Part shown: positions 31,899-41,397 of the stretch, piece after piece | Numbering within the stretch: position 1 is the first letter of the stretch | Layout of the letters: the number at the start of each line of letters is the position of its first letter | Source: a virus | Taxonomy: Duplodnaviria; Caudoviricetes | Strand: one strand, 5' to 3' | DNA length: 64,000 bases | IMG/VR virus record: IMGVR_UViG_3300010366_000001 | Location: 625 to 64,624 of that record | Position numbers and translations under genes: made by a program | The notes under the pieces: model-generated | What the model was told of the DNA's origin: nothing | The model's database searches: none | Seen by the model: the letters and a program-made list of their open reading frames with translations, nothing else

Positions 31899-34800
31899 GC
31901 GGGCCTCCCTTCAGCGAGTTTAGAGTGGCCGCACGCCAACTGTCGATGAGGGGCCCGATCTGGCCGCCCTTCGCGCGAAGCAGAGGGTTAGTGTCCGGGT
32001 CTATTTGGGGGGCGACTGGTTTGACTTTAACGGGGCCCGCTTGCCAACCATACCCACCACCTTGATAGACCGGGCGGGCTGATCCGCGGGATCGGGCCAG
32101 AGCTCGCTCCTTAACTGATTCGCTAATCGGCCGTCGCCAGAGCCGATTTGCTCCAGCATTTTCAGTTCCCGCAGCTTCAGGTCCCGCAGACTCTCGTTGT
32201 AGTTGTTTGATGAGTTGTCCATAGTTTTCCTTGTTCGCGTTCAAGACGTCGTAGTGCTCCACCATCGCATGGCCGACGGCATCGTTCTGCTCCAACGTTT
32301 TGAGCGCCTTCTCCATGTCGGCCAGGGCGTTCACCTTGCCGTTGTGAATCAGGTCATTCAAAACCTGGGGATGGCTTATTCTAGCGACCATGGCTGGGTC
32401 GTGCACGTACTCCGGCATGTATATAAAACGCATACCAGCGTACTGCCCGGGCTTCATCCCTGGTCCGCCAAACAGCGTAAAGCCGCCGATGTTATCGGTC
32501 TGAATCTGGCTAATTACATTCCATGCGTCCTCACTCGAAAGAGGCTTCTTAAAATAGACGCTCAGACCTGGACGTGCGTATACGGCATTAGTACTGTCAT
32601 CGGGGATTGTCCTGGCAATGAAGGCATCGTCCTGTTTGTGCTTCTGCGCCGCCTTGATGACCTCCTCTGTGACCTTGTTGACGGAAGCCTCGCCGGTCTC
32701 CGGCAGCGTCACCTCGAAATTGGAGGCAAAGACCGGCTTGCCGGCGTTGTCGCCGCCGGGCGCCGACCACATGCCGAGCGCGTGGCTGTTGACGATCGAT
32801 TTGACGTTGGGGTCCGCGGCCGCCACCCGGTGCGCATCCTTCATCATGTCGATGGCATTTTGCGGTACGTCGGACATCTCAGGCTCGATGCCAGCCACGA
32901 TGCGGCCCAGGCCCGACTCCTTGGCGGTCGCCGCCATGTCGCCGCCCTCGCCTATTCTGCTGGTCAGGCCGCGCTGCGTCCACATGTCCTTCTCGCGAAA
33001 CCAGAGGAAGGCCTGTAGCTCATGCGGATCCATCCCCAGTTGCGCGGCGGCCTTGTCGAAGACCTTCTGGCCGAACATGAACTGACCGGTACTGCGAATG
33101 CCCTGCGCGTCGTTGATGACGCCCCCGGCTACGCCGCCCTCGGCCGGCTGCGGGATCGCCGGTGCATCGCCGTAGAGTTGGTGCCGAATGCGCTGAAGCA
33201 TGCGCGCGGCCCAAACATCGACCGTCGCCAGGTCGCTCGAGCCCGCCATGTTTCCACTGTAGTTTTGCGTCTTGGGCGATGTCGGCTTGCCGCGGAAACG
33301 GTTGATCAGCGCGTCCATCACCTTCATGGTGTTCGCATTGAAATTCTTGTCGCCGTAGCGCAAGGCCCGCGGACCGGTGTACTTGTTGGGCTGGCCGCCG
33401 GCCTCCCGATACGCCTCGTACTGCTTGAGAACGTCGTCGTAGTCGCCCTTGGCGTTCCGCTCCAGCCCTTCGACGGCCTGCTTGAAATTCTCTGTGACCG
33501 GCGTCCGCGCGCTCGTGACGCCGAGCATGTCGGCGAACAGGTCGCCGGCCGAGCCATACATCCTGCGCAGAATGGTCCGCATGCGCGTGTACCACTGCTT
33601 CTGCTCGTTGATGCGCATGGCCGTGCGCTCATCGAGAGTGCGCACATCGGGCTCTTTGACGGAAGCCTCCTGGGCCTGCTGCTGGATGCCTCGCACCTCC
33701 TGGACGATGGCGTCCGCCATGTTTTGCGAAACCTGCTCGCCGGCCGGCGTCAAGGTGTCTGTCGTCCAGAGCTTCTGGCCGCGCACCGGGTCGTCGAAGG
33801 CGTACGGGATCTCTTTGTATTTGATTTCGTACGACGCCGGCTTCGGCTTCCCGCCCTCTCTGGTGGGCGGCCGCTCAGGCGTGAACTTGATGCCCTTCAC
33901 CTCGAGCGGCTGAAACGGGAAATCGCCGCGGGTCGGGAACTGCGCTCGCTTGTCGCGGATATCCTGCTCTGCGGCCCGTTGCAGCCGGTTCATAGCCCTC
34001 TGATTCAGATCCGGAAGGTCACGCTGCAAGGCGTCCGAGATCATCTGCCGTTCTGGTGCGTAGACCCGCGAAAGGTTCGCTAGCTGGCGCTCGCCGCGGC
34101 GCCCTTCCTCGGCCGCTTGAAACACATCGATCGGTGCGCCGGCGGGTGCGGCCGCGGGCGGTTTCGGTCCGGCCGCCTGCTCGGCCCAGAACTGCGGCAA
34201 TGCCTCCGGCGCGACGCCGGCCGCCTGATCCGCCATAGCCTTCGCCTCTTCGAAGTTCTTGACGGTAGGCTGGCTGCCCGGGAAGTCCCTCGTCATCTGG
34301 CTCAACCACTGCGGATATTCGCCGATTCCCTGCATGATGTACTGGGCGCCCTTAACGGCCTTAGCGGCGCCCCAGGTAGCCATGTCGCCGAGGTTCTCGC
34401 CGCCCGGGATGCCACTGTGGAGTTGCGAGCCGCTGAAGGCCCCGCTCTCACGCATTCGCTCGGACGCCCTGGAGGCCGCCCGGTCCGGGTCGGTAAAAAT
34501 CTGGCCCAGCCCACCGGGCTTTGCCGGTGGCTCGGTAGGGACGTCCGCGAGACCGCCCGGCTCGCGAAGTATCGTGGTTGGTTCCGGGATGGGATGCAGG
34601 GCGCCGCTGACCGCGGCCGGCAAAAGCATCCCCAAGCCGTGGCCGGTGGCCTTGGCGTACTCACCTTTATCAACGTCCTGGGCCACCTGCTGCGCACCGG
34701 CGCCAAACATCGGCACCGCACCGGCGCCGTGGTAGAACGTACCCGGAATATCGCCGCGCCTCATGGCTTCCCCGGTCTGCCCGAGTTCACCCCATACGCG

Positions 34801-36966
34801 CGACGGCTCGTTGACCAGCCCCAGACCCAGGTTCTTCACGGTATCGAGCCCGCGCTGCATCTCGCCGGGGTCCGGCACGCGACCGCTCCAGGGGGTAGCA
34901 GCGACGATATCGCCAAGCTGCTTGAGCATGCTCGAGTCGGCGAAGGACCGCCAGAGGTCTTTCGCCGAACTCGCGAGCCCGCCTCCCTCTGCCATGCGAA
35001 CCGCTCCGCCGTGCGCATACCGCTCCGCCGTGGATCCGCCATTGCTGTACAGGCCGCCCTTCGCAAACGGCTTCCAGCCGAGGCTCCCCATGGTGCCGGC
35101 GGCGCCCATCAGCCCACCCATGAGTTGTCCGAAGATCGAGCCCTGCGGCGCCTGAATAGTCGTGTTCTGCGTGCCGTTGCTCGACGTCGTGTAGGGCAAC
35201 GGCATCATGTTCTGCAATTGCGCGAGGTAGGCCAGCGCCTGCATGGGCATCGTCAGATTTTGCATCTGATTCTGGTACGCCACGTCCGCATTCTGCTGCG
35301 CCATGCCCTGCTGTGACTGGGCCGCCTGGGCCATCGCCGCCAGGCCCTGCAGGCCGGCCATATAGTTGTTTAACTGCATGCTGCCGAGGCCCTGACCAAT
35401 CTGGTTCATTTGCCCCGTCATCTGCAGGTTGAGCCCCTGCTGCTGCTGCCGCGCCTGCTGCTGCTGGATCGCCTGCTGCAATCCAAGCTGCTGGCCCTGC
35501 ATGCCGAGATTCTGCGTCTGGAGCGCGCCCTGCAGGTTGCCCTGGTACTGCATCCCGAGCCCCTGCATCTGCGCGGCCTGATTCGCGAGCGCGCCCTGGA
35601 AGCCCATCTGCTGGGCCGCCAGCCCGGACTGCAGGCCCGCCTGCTGGTTGGCAAGCTGGGCCTGCATTCCGTAGCCGGCATTGGCCAGGCCGGCCTGGAG
35701 ACCAGACTGCTGGTTGGCGAGCGATGCCTGGAGAGCTTGGCCGGCCTGGAACTCTTGAGCCTGCTGGTTGGCGAGCGCCGCCTGCAGGCCCGTCTGCTGG
35801 TTGGCGAGTTGCGCCTGCATGCCGAGTTGCGCCCCGAGGCCCTGGGTTTGGAGCAGGGCCCCGAGGTTCTGCTGGCCAACCGTCAACCCCGCTTGCTGGT
35901 TGGCGAGGTTGGCCTGCAGTCCCGTCTGCGCGCCCAGCCCTTGGGTTTGCAAGAACGAGGAGAGGTTCTGCACGTTGGCCTGCTGCTGCGCCTGCTGGTT
36001 GGCGAGCGCGGCCTGTAAGCCGGTCCCGATGTTGAATTGCTGCGCCTGCTGGGACAACGCCTGCTGCTGGTTGAATTGCTGCTGGGCCTGCGTGTAGGCG
36101 TCCTGCAGTCCCTTGGCCTGGATGTTCGCCAGGTTCAACTGCAGATCGCGCGCGCCGGTGGCCTCGGTTACCGCCTGCCGCGAACCGCCGTAGGCGCCGG
36201 CCGCGACTGCCTGCGATCGCTGCGTCTGTAGCTGCTGGTTGTAGTCCTCGACCGCTTTCTGCTTCTGAACATCCACCACCTGCTGCGCGTAGGGCGTCAT
36301 GAACGACGACGCCGTGCCCGGGTCGGTCCAGGATTGCGTGGTGGCCTGCGCTTCGGGCGCCACGTTGGCGGCCGCCTGCATCTGAAAGTCTTTCAGGTTC
36401 GGCGCCGAGACCATCTGCGCCGGGCCCATCTGATACTGCTGGAGGTTCGGCCCCGAGACCTGCATCAACCCCGTGATGGGGTTCACCATTCCGGTGGGCG
36501 CCGAGACCCGCTCCGACTGCACTGCGGTCGGCGCCGACACTTGCATCGGATTGTATTGGTAGCTCGACGCGAGACCGGAGACCGACGGCATGCCGCCGGC
36601 GAAGGGATTGTCGAAGCTCAACGCCTGCGGCCCGAACTGCTGGTTGAAACTGATCGTGTTCGGATCGACCCCCATGGCGCCGACCGTGCCCATCAGATTG
36701 CGGAAGAATTCACCCAGCCCGCTCTGGTCGGGCGCGTTGCCCATGGCGCCGGCCTGCGACCAGTAGTTGTTCGTCAACTGCGTCGGATCGGCAACCGAGG
36801 CCTGCGGCCCCATGTTGTTGACAAGGCCTTGGTCGCCGGTGACCATCCCCTGCGCCGTGCCGAGGATCTGCCGCCACATGTCCATCAGACCGGAGTCCGG
36901 CGTGTAGGTGTTGGTCTGATTCGAAGTGGTGTTCTGCTGACCTGGTGTGCTAGAGAATAGGCCCAT
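31891..36966 (-). CDS. 1691-aa multidomain ejection protein: Gln-rich pilot region plus polyvalent-type enzymatic region
   Basis: AxxAGAYGGSRQAV pilot-type motif; 11-residue Q-rich repeats; later PKTQNY / ATVDVWAAR motifs. Confidence 0.75.
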   Translation of the reverse strand: MGLFSSTPGQQNTTSNQTNTYTPDSGLMDMWRQILGTAQGMVTGDQGLVNNMGPQASVADPTQLTNNYWSQAGAMGNAPDQSGLGEFFRNLMGTVGAMGVDPNTISFNQQFGPQALSFDNPFAGGMPSVSGLASSYQYNPMQVSAPTAVQSERVSAPTGMVNPITGLMQVSGPNLQQYQMGPAQMVSAPNLKDFQMQAAANVAPEAQATTQSWTDPGTASSFMTPYAQQVVDVQKQKAVEDYNQQLQTQRSQAVAAGAYGGSRQAVTEATGARDLQLNLANIQAKGLQDAYTQAQQQFNQQQALSQQAQQFNIGTGLQAALANQQAQQQANVQNLSSFLQTQGLGAQTGLQANLANQQAGLTVGQQNLGALLQTQGLGAQLGMQAQLANQQTGLQAALANQQAQEFQAGQALQASLANQQSGLQAGLANAGYGMQAQLANQQAGLQSGLAAQQMGFQGALANQAAQMQGLGMQYQGNLQGALQTQNLGMQGQQLGLQQAIQQQQARQQQQGLNLQMTGQMNQIGQGLGSMQLNNYMAGLQGLAAMAQAAQSQQGMAQQNADVAYQNQMQNLTMPMQALAYLAQLQNMMPLPYTTSSNGTQNTTIQAPQGSIFGQLMGGLMGAAGTMGSLGWKPFAKGGLYSNGGSTAERYAHGGAVRMAEGGGLASSAKDLWRSFADSSMLKQLGDIVAATPWSGRVPDPGEMQRGLDTVKNLGLGLVNEPSRVWGELGQTGEAMRRGDIPGTFYHGAGAVPMFGAGAQQVAQDVDKGEYAKATGHGLGMLLPAAVSGALHPIPEPTTILREPGGLADVPTEPPAKPGGLGQIFTDPDRAASRASERMRESGAFSGSQLHSGIPGGENLGDMATWGAAKAVKGAQYIMQGIGEYPQWLSQMTRDFPGSQPTVKNFEEAKAMADQAAGVAPEALPQFWAEQAAGPKPPAAAPAGAPIDVFQAAEEGRRGERQLANLSRVYAPERQMISDALQRDLPDLNQRAMNRLQRAAEQDIRDKRAQFPTRGDFPFQPLEVKGIKFTPERPPTREGGKPKPASYEIKYKEIPYAFDDPVRGQKLWTTDTLTPAGEQVSQNMADAIVQEVRGIQQQAQEASVKEPDVRTLDERTAMRINEQKQWYTRMRTILRRMYGSAGDLFADMLGVTSARTPVTENFKQAVEGLERNAKGDYDDVLKQYEAYREAGGQPNKYTGPRALRYGDKNFNANTMKVMDALINRFRGKPTSPKTQNYSGNMAGSSDLATVDVWAARMLQRIRHQLYGDAPAIPQPAEGGVAGGVINDAQGIRSTGQFMFGQKVFDKAAAQLGMDPHELQAFLWFREKDMWTQRGLTSRIGEGGDMAATAKESGLGRIVAGIEPEMSDVPQNAIDMMKDAHRVAAADPNVKSIVNSHALGMWSAPGGDNAGKPVFASNFEVTLPETGEASVNKVTEEVIKAAQKHKQDDAFIARTIPDDSTNAVYARPGLSVYFKKPLSSEDAWNVISQIQTDNIGGFTLFGGPGMKPGQYAGMRFIYMPEYVHDPAMVARISHPQVLNDLIHNGKVNALADMEKALKTLEQNDAVGHAMVEHYDVLNANKENYGQLIKQLQRESAGPEAAGTENAGANRLWRRPISESVKERALARSRGSARPVYQGGGYGWQAGPVKVKPVAPQIDPDTNPLLRAKGGQIGPLIDSWRAATLNSLKGGPHA

Positions 36967-36986
36967 TGGTCGCTCTCATCGAGCGA

Positions 36987-37457
36987 TCAAGCAGTGGCGG
37001 AAAGTAAGTGACCGACATGAAGCGCCCCCGGATCGCTGCGCAAGGTAACGGGCATTGCCCACGGGGAGCCGAGGTCATGGCGCCAGCCTTTGCGCAGCGA
37101 GACCTCCAACTGTTTTGCGCCACGCGCGGTCGCGTAGCTCTCGATGACTTTGACGAAGTCGGCCGCCCACCTGCGAATAGAGCGCGCCGCGGCCATCTGC
37201 AGGACGACCGTATGCGGCTCGCGGAAATGCACCAGCATGATCGCGAGGCAAAAGTGGGGACCGCCGAACTCGCCCCGGTCGGGCGGCTCGGTGTCCCATA
37301 CGAGCCAGAGGTCAATCTGCCCCAGGAGCCAGACGCGCTTGAGGTCCTCGAGTTGCGTCATGTGATGACGACGGATCTGGTCCTGGCGCCATAGACGCCG
37401 TATCTCGCGCCAGTAAGGCTCGAGCCCGCCGGCGGGAGGGCGAAAGATCCGGATCAT
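36987..37457 (-). CDS. GNAT-like protein upstream of ejection genes
   Basis: IESYATARGAKQLEVSLRKGW pattern typical of podovirus tail-region acetyltransferase-like genes. Confidence 0.5.
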   Translation of the reverse strand: MIRIFRPPAGGLEPYWREIRRLWRQDQIRRHHMTQLEDLKRVWLLGQIDLWLVWDTEPPDRGEFGGPHFCLAIMLVHFREPHTVVLQMAAARSIRRWAADFVKVIESYATARGAKQLEVSLRKGWRHDLGSPWAMPVTLRSDPGALHVGHLLSATA

Positions 37458-37507
37458 CTTGTCTTACACGATACACCACGGCGCGGTAGGCGTAGTACAA
37501 TCTGCGC

Positions 37508-38134
37508 ATGAGCACCACCACCGAAGCCCCGCCCCGAAAGAGGAACTCCGAACCGGTCGAGCCGCCACCCGTCCACCATCACGCCAAAGGCGGCGCCTCG
37601 GAAGCAAAGGCCAACGAAGCACCCGCAGCGGCGGCGACCGCGGCGGCACCGGTCGTCACTCCGTTCGCTAACCCGCCGGCGTCCCCGGTAGCGTCTCCGA
37701 CGGGCGCCAGGAAAGCCGTCCACTTTGCCGGCCCGGTAGTGTCGGGGCACAAGACTTATCTGCAGGGCCAGGCCGTGCTCTGCATGCGCTTCGATGTGGA
37801 CAAGTCGACCGGCAACTTTACCGGCGGCACCGCGGCCGCACCCGGCACGAGCTTCCTGCTGGATACCGGAGTGATTCTGTGGAAGACCATCACGAGCGTG
37901 ACGCAGGCCTTCGATGGCACCACCCCGAAGGTGAACATCGGTACGACCTCGGGCGGCTCGGAGATTGCCTCAATCGCGCTCGGCACCGCCGGCGCTCCGG
38001 CCGAAGCGGCGGCGCTGGCGGCACCGACGGCCGGGACCACGCTTTACGTGTCGCTCACCGGTGGTCCGTTTACGACCGGCCACGCATCGGTCGTGCTGCT
38101 GTTTATCGGACCCGCGGCGCTACCCTGGAATTGA
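37508..38134 (+). CDS. Putative minor virion structural protein
   Basis: HFAGPVVSG and VTQAFDGTTPKVNIGTT beta-rich segments; TACAAT(37496)-6 nt-ATG. Confidence 0.5.
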   Translation: MSTTTEAPPRKRNSEPVEPPPVHHHAKGGASEAKANEAPAAAATAAAPVVTPFANPPASPVASPTGARKAVHFAGPVVSGHKTYLQGQAVLCMRFDVDKSTGNFTGGTAAAPGTSFLLDTGVILWKTITSVTQAFDGTTPKVNIGTTSGGSEIASIALGTAGAPAEAAALAAPTAGTTLYVSLTGGPFTTGHASVVLLFIGPAALPWN

Positions 38135-38135
38135 T

Positions 38136-38369
38136 ATGGGGATAGACGCTACCGACAAGCTGGTGCTGGAAAGGATCGACACGGCCTTTGAGCATGTCCC
38201 GGTACCGGCCGAGAAGCAGGACCGATACCAGAAGCTGCACGAGGCCGCCAGGGAGATGGCGCGCGGGATCGTAGACCTCTGCCAGGACTCGATGGAACGC
38301 TCGAGCGCCCTGCAGGCCCTCGAGCAGTCGATTCTGTGGACGGACGCTGCGCTGCGCCGCGCTGCCTAG
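38136..38369 (+). CDS. Acb2/Tad1-like helical hairpin protein (candidate signal sponge)
   Basis: F.H......QDRYQKLHEAAREMARGIVDLCQDSMERSSALQALEQSILWTDAAL fits the family pattern as recalled. Confidence 0.6.
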   Translation: MGIDATDKLVLERIDTAFEHVPVPAEKQDRYQKLHEAAREMARGIVDLCQDSMERSSALQALEQSILWTDAALRRAA

Positions 38370-39377
38370 AGCGGATCCACTCCGGCCCGCCGCAGCCGGC
38401 ACACCACGCCCCAGATATCCTCCGCGGAGGCGGCCGCTTCGGCGGCGGCTTTGATATCGGACACATCGATCTTGAATTGTGCCCAGTACGGCGTGCACCA
38501 ACCGGCCAGGTAGTGACCGATCAGGCCGACGTCGGCCGCGACGAGCGGCTCGTATAGAAGCAGGCGCGAGACGGCGAAGGCCAGCGGCAGGTAGTGCTGG
38601 TGCTGCCAGTAGACTGGCGTCGCCGGCCGCACGGGGCGCGCCGCGGTCATTGAATCGTCTCCTCCTGCTTAGCATACTCACCCCGATCGACCCGCTTCTG
38701 CAGGTCGGCGAGGAGGTTCTTCAGGTTCAGTTCAAAGGAGGAATTGTGGCCCAGCACCCAGCACAGCATGTCGAGTGATGCGGACAGCAAAGGAAAAGCG
38801 GGATGGCGAGAGAGAGGCGGGCACTCGGCCAGGCTTTCCAGGGAATCGTGCGCCGACTGGATCTCGTCGCGGGTGCGCATGGTGGCCCCCCGCATCTCCC
38901 TGATCTCATCGGCGAGCACCTTGAGGGCAACGTATGTGCCGGGCCACTCCTCCTCGTAGAGTTCCTTCCAGATGCCGATCAGCGTCCGCCTCGCCAGCGC
39001 GTCGAGCGGCTCGGCTTGAAATAGCTTCTCCATCGTCGGCCTCCTTTTCTGGCGGGGAGCCGGCCCGGGGCGGACCTCCCCCGGTCTTACCGGGCCGGCT
39101 TTTTATTTCCCCGTGCTCGTCATATCCCTCGCCGCTGTAGATCCGCCGTGTGCATCACAAGGTCGTGGCGCAGGCGGCGCCAGTACTCGATCTCATCGAC
39201 CGGCACGGGCTTGCCTTCAACGAGGTCGGTGAAGGCCCCCATGATGGCGACGGCGCCGGCGTAAAACGTCTGGCGGTGCTCTTCGATTTGATCCGGCTTA
39301 ACGACCTTCGGCAGGCACTCCGCGAGCCAGCTTTTCCAGAGCTCGCGGACGGTCGGACGTTGAGCCGGACGGATCAC
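38366..39377 (-). CDS. Three hypotheticals downstream of the integrase: 39377-39120, 39033-38647, 38650-38366
   Basis: GTG at 39377 overlaps the integrase TGA; AGGAGG RBS; EHRQTFYAGA motif. Confidence 0.6.
39058..39108 (+). terminator. Stem-loop with T tract
   Basis: AGCCGGCCCGG / CCGGGCCGGCT 11-bp stem, inner GGTC/GACC-type hairpin on the minus strand, followed by TTTTATTT. Confidence 0.55.
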
Positions 39378-41035
39378 GCGGCACGCTCCTCCTGGTTCCG
39401 GCGCCGCGTGGCCCAAGACTTGAGTGCACGGGCCGTCCACTCCGCCTGGGTACGCCCGACGTGGACCGGGCAACTCATTTCAAAGGGGATAGGCAGCCGA
39501 GAAATGTACTGGCTGTCAATACTGCCAGTACGTTTCTGCGCTGATGATACCGGCACCGGAACCTTGCCCGAAATGACCGCCGTTCCACCCTTGTAGACGA
39601 CTTTCAGGTCCATCAGCGCCTCGAGGATCGGCCGCCGCTCGGCGTAGGTTTCCGGCTTCTCGCTGGTTTGGATCTCGCGCAGCGCGGCTTCTACCGCCTG
39701 CTTCGATGGAAGCGTCATCACCTTGCCGGCGGCCTTCAGTTCCCGCTCGATCTCGGCAATGCGGTCCTGCAGTCTCTTCTGCTCGAGCTTGCCTTCGGCG
39801 ACTGAGTACATGTGAGCCCGCGTCATCTCAACCACGCGGCGCTGGTCTTCCGCCAGGCGCCTGGCCTCCTTCTCGAGCTTCTCTATACCCTTGGCGCCGG
39901 GAAGGGTCAGCGAGTCGTAATATTTTCGCCCCACCTTGAGCAGGCGATCGGCATCCGTCAGGATCGGCCAGAGGCATTCAAATACCGCGTCGTCGAACGA
40001 CTCCATCTGTACGCTCGGCTCTGCGCAAATGTACCTCTTCGGCGGAAAATTGGTCGTATACCCGCAGCGATAGAACCGGCCGCCGCCGCCCGATTTCACC
40101 CCGCGATATCGATGGTCGCAGTGCGCGCACCAAAGAAAATTGCGCAGCAGGTAGGTGTCGCTCGGCCTTCCGATCCACTGGCGGTCGCCGTTCACCTCCT
40201 GGCACTTGTTCCAGAGATCGTCATCGATCCACTTCGGGCATGGGATGACCTCACCGGTCTTGCTGATGAAGCGGCCGTTGTAAACCGTATGCTCGACCAT
40301 CTGAATGAGCGTCTGCCGGCTCCACTTCCCGCCCCGCTCCGACGGGATGCCTTCCAGGTTCAGGGCGGCCGCGATCTTGTAAAACGGCGTGGGTAGAGAC
40401 CGCTCCAAAAAGACGCGGCTCACGACCTCCAGCTTGAACGGATCGCCGAGCTCGAAAAACTGGCCGCACTTTTCGGGCTCGATCTCGCGCACCGGATGGG
40501 TGGCGCAGGTGTCCCGATTCCAGGGGTGCTTGGGGATGTACCGGTAGCCGTATGGCGGCTTGGCTTCCACGATGCGGCCCTCGGCAAACTTCTCCGCCTT
40601 ACCGTCCATCGAACGCTGGCGGATCTTGCGCCACTCTGAGCCGGCGTGCGAAAACGCCGCGGAACACTTCTCGTAGCCTTCGTCGTCGGCCGGATCGACG
40701 TAGCCTTCGCGAACCACCCACATGGCCTTGCCCGTCTCTACAAAGTCGTCGAGCATGATCCATGGCTTGTACCGCTTACCCGGCCGAAACAGACGATCGA
40801 GAGACGAGAGGCCGATGCCATCGATCTCCGGCAGCTTTAAGCTCTCGAGCACTTCCCGCACCTGCTTGTCGTCGAGCGTTGCCGTGCCGCTGACGCCCTG
40901 AAGCTCAAGAATTCGCACAATGTTGATGCCCGGAAATTTCTTCCGCAGCCGCTCCATGTCCGTCCGCTGCCGGGCTACGTCCTGGCGGTCGCCGCTCACC
41001 CGAATCAGAAATATGATGTTCGGATTCTGCTTCAT
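39374..41035 (-). CDS. Large serine recombinase (integrase)
   Basis: LIRVS catalytic Ser; GVSG; SSLDRLFR; PPYGY; Zn ribbon CAHC..YRC..IC; coiled coil. Confidence 0.92.
   Translation of the reverse strand: MKQNPNIIFLIRVSGDRQDVARQRTDMERLRKKFPGINIVRILELQGVSGTATLDDKQVREVLESLKLPEIDGIGLSSLDRLFRPGKRYKPWIMLDDFVETGKAMWVVREGYVDPADDEGYEKCSAAFSHAGSEWRKIRQRSMDGKAEKFAEGRIVEAKPPYGYRYIPKHPWNRDTCATHPVREIEPEKCGQFFELGDPFKLEVVSRVFLERSLPTPFYKIAAALNLEGIPSERGGKWSRQTLIQMVEHTVYNGRFISKTGEVIPCPKWIDDDLWNKCQEVNGDRQWIGRPSDTYLLRNFLWCAHCDHRYRGVKSGGGGRFYRCGYTTNFPPKRYICAEPSVQMESFDDAVFECLWPILTDADRLLKVGRKYYDSLTLPGAKGIEKLEKEARRLAEDQRRVVEMTRAHMYSVAEGKLEQKRLQDRIAEIERELKAAGKVMTLPSKQAVEAALREIQTSEKPETYAERRPILEALMDLKVVYKGGTAVISGKVPVPVSSAQKRTGSIDSQYISRLPIPFEMSCPVHVGRTQAEWTARALKSWATRRRNQEERAA
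39494..39543. other. Candidate attP of the serine integrase
   Basis: CAGCcgAGAAAtGTACTGGC-tgtcAAtact-GCCAGTACgTTTCTgcGCTG; 17/20 symmetric positions; centre at 39518-39519. Confidence 0.65.
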
Positions 41036-41397
41036 CACGCGCACCTCTTTTCCGCGCGGTTGCGCTGCGTACGCCCTTCAGAATCGCGGCGAACAGGTTT
41101 ACGGCCGCTTGGTCGTTCTGCACCTCCTCGAGGCGCGCGCTGACCTTGACCGGTGGCTTTTGGCGCCGGCTCATTGGCGATCGCCTCGAGTTGATCGATG
41201 CGCGCCCTGAGTGTCGCCGTAGACCGGCTGACCAGCATGCGCAACGCCTCGTCGGCGTCCGCGGTGAGCGAGTTCTCCTGGATTACCTTGCCGTTTGCGT
41301 CGCGGTAGACCAGCCACCATACGGCGCCGCGGAACTGAATGCTTCCGCTCCCGTACGGCAGGCTGCGCTTCTGCCGGATCGCTTGTTGTCTTGTCAT
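41035..41397 (-). CDS. Stand-alone arm-type DNA-binding domain protein
   Basis: YGSGSIQFRGAVWWLVYRDANGKVIQENSLTADADEALRML resembles the three-stranded N-domain of phage tyrosine integrases. Confidence 0.6.
   Translation of the reverse strand: MTRQQAIRQKRSLPYGSGSIQFRGAVWWLVYRDANGKVIQENSLTADADEALRMLVSRSTATLRARIDQLEAIANEPAPKATGQGQRAPRGGAERPSGRKPVRRDSEGRTQRNRAEKRCA

Noticed and set aside
5100-39400. Many proteins ending in AA, VA or LA as a ClpXP degron regulon
   Set aside because: GC-ATGA and GC-GTGA overlaps and high GC force terminal Ala; cannot be separated from bias by eye
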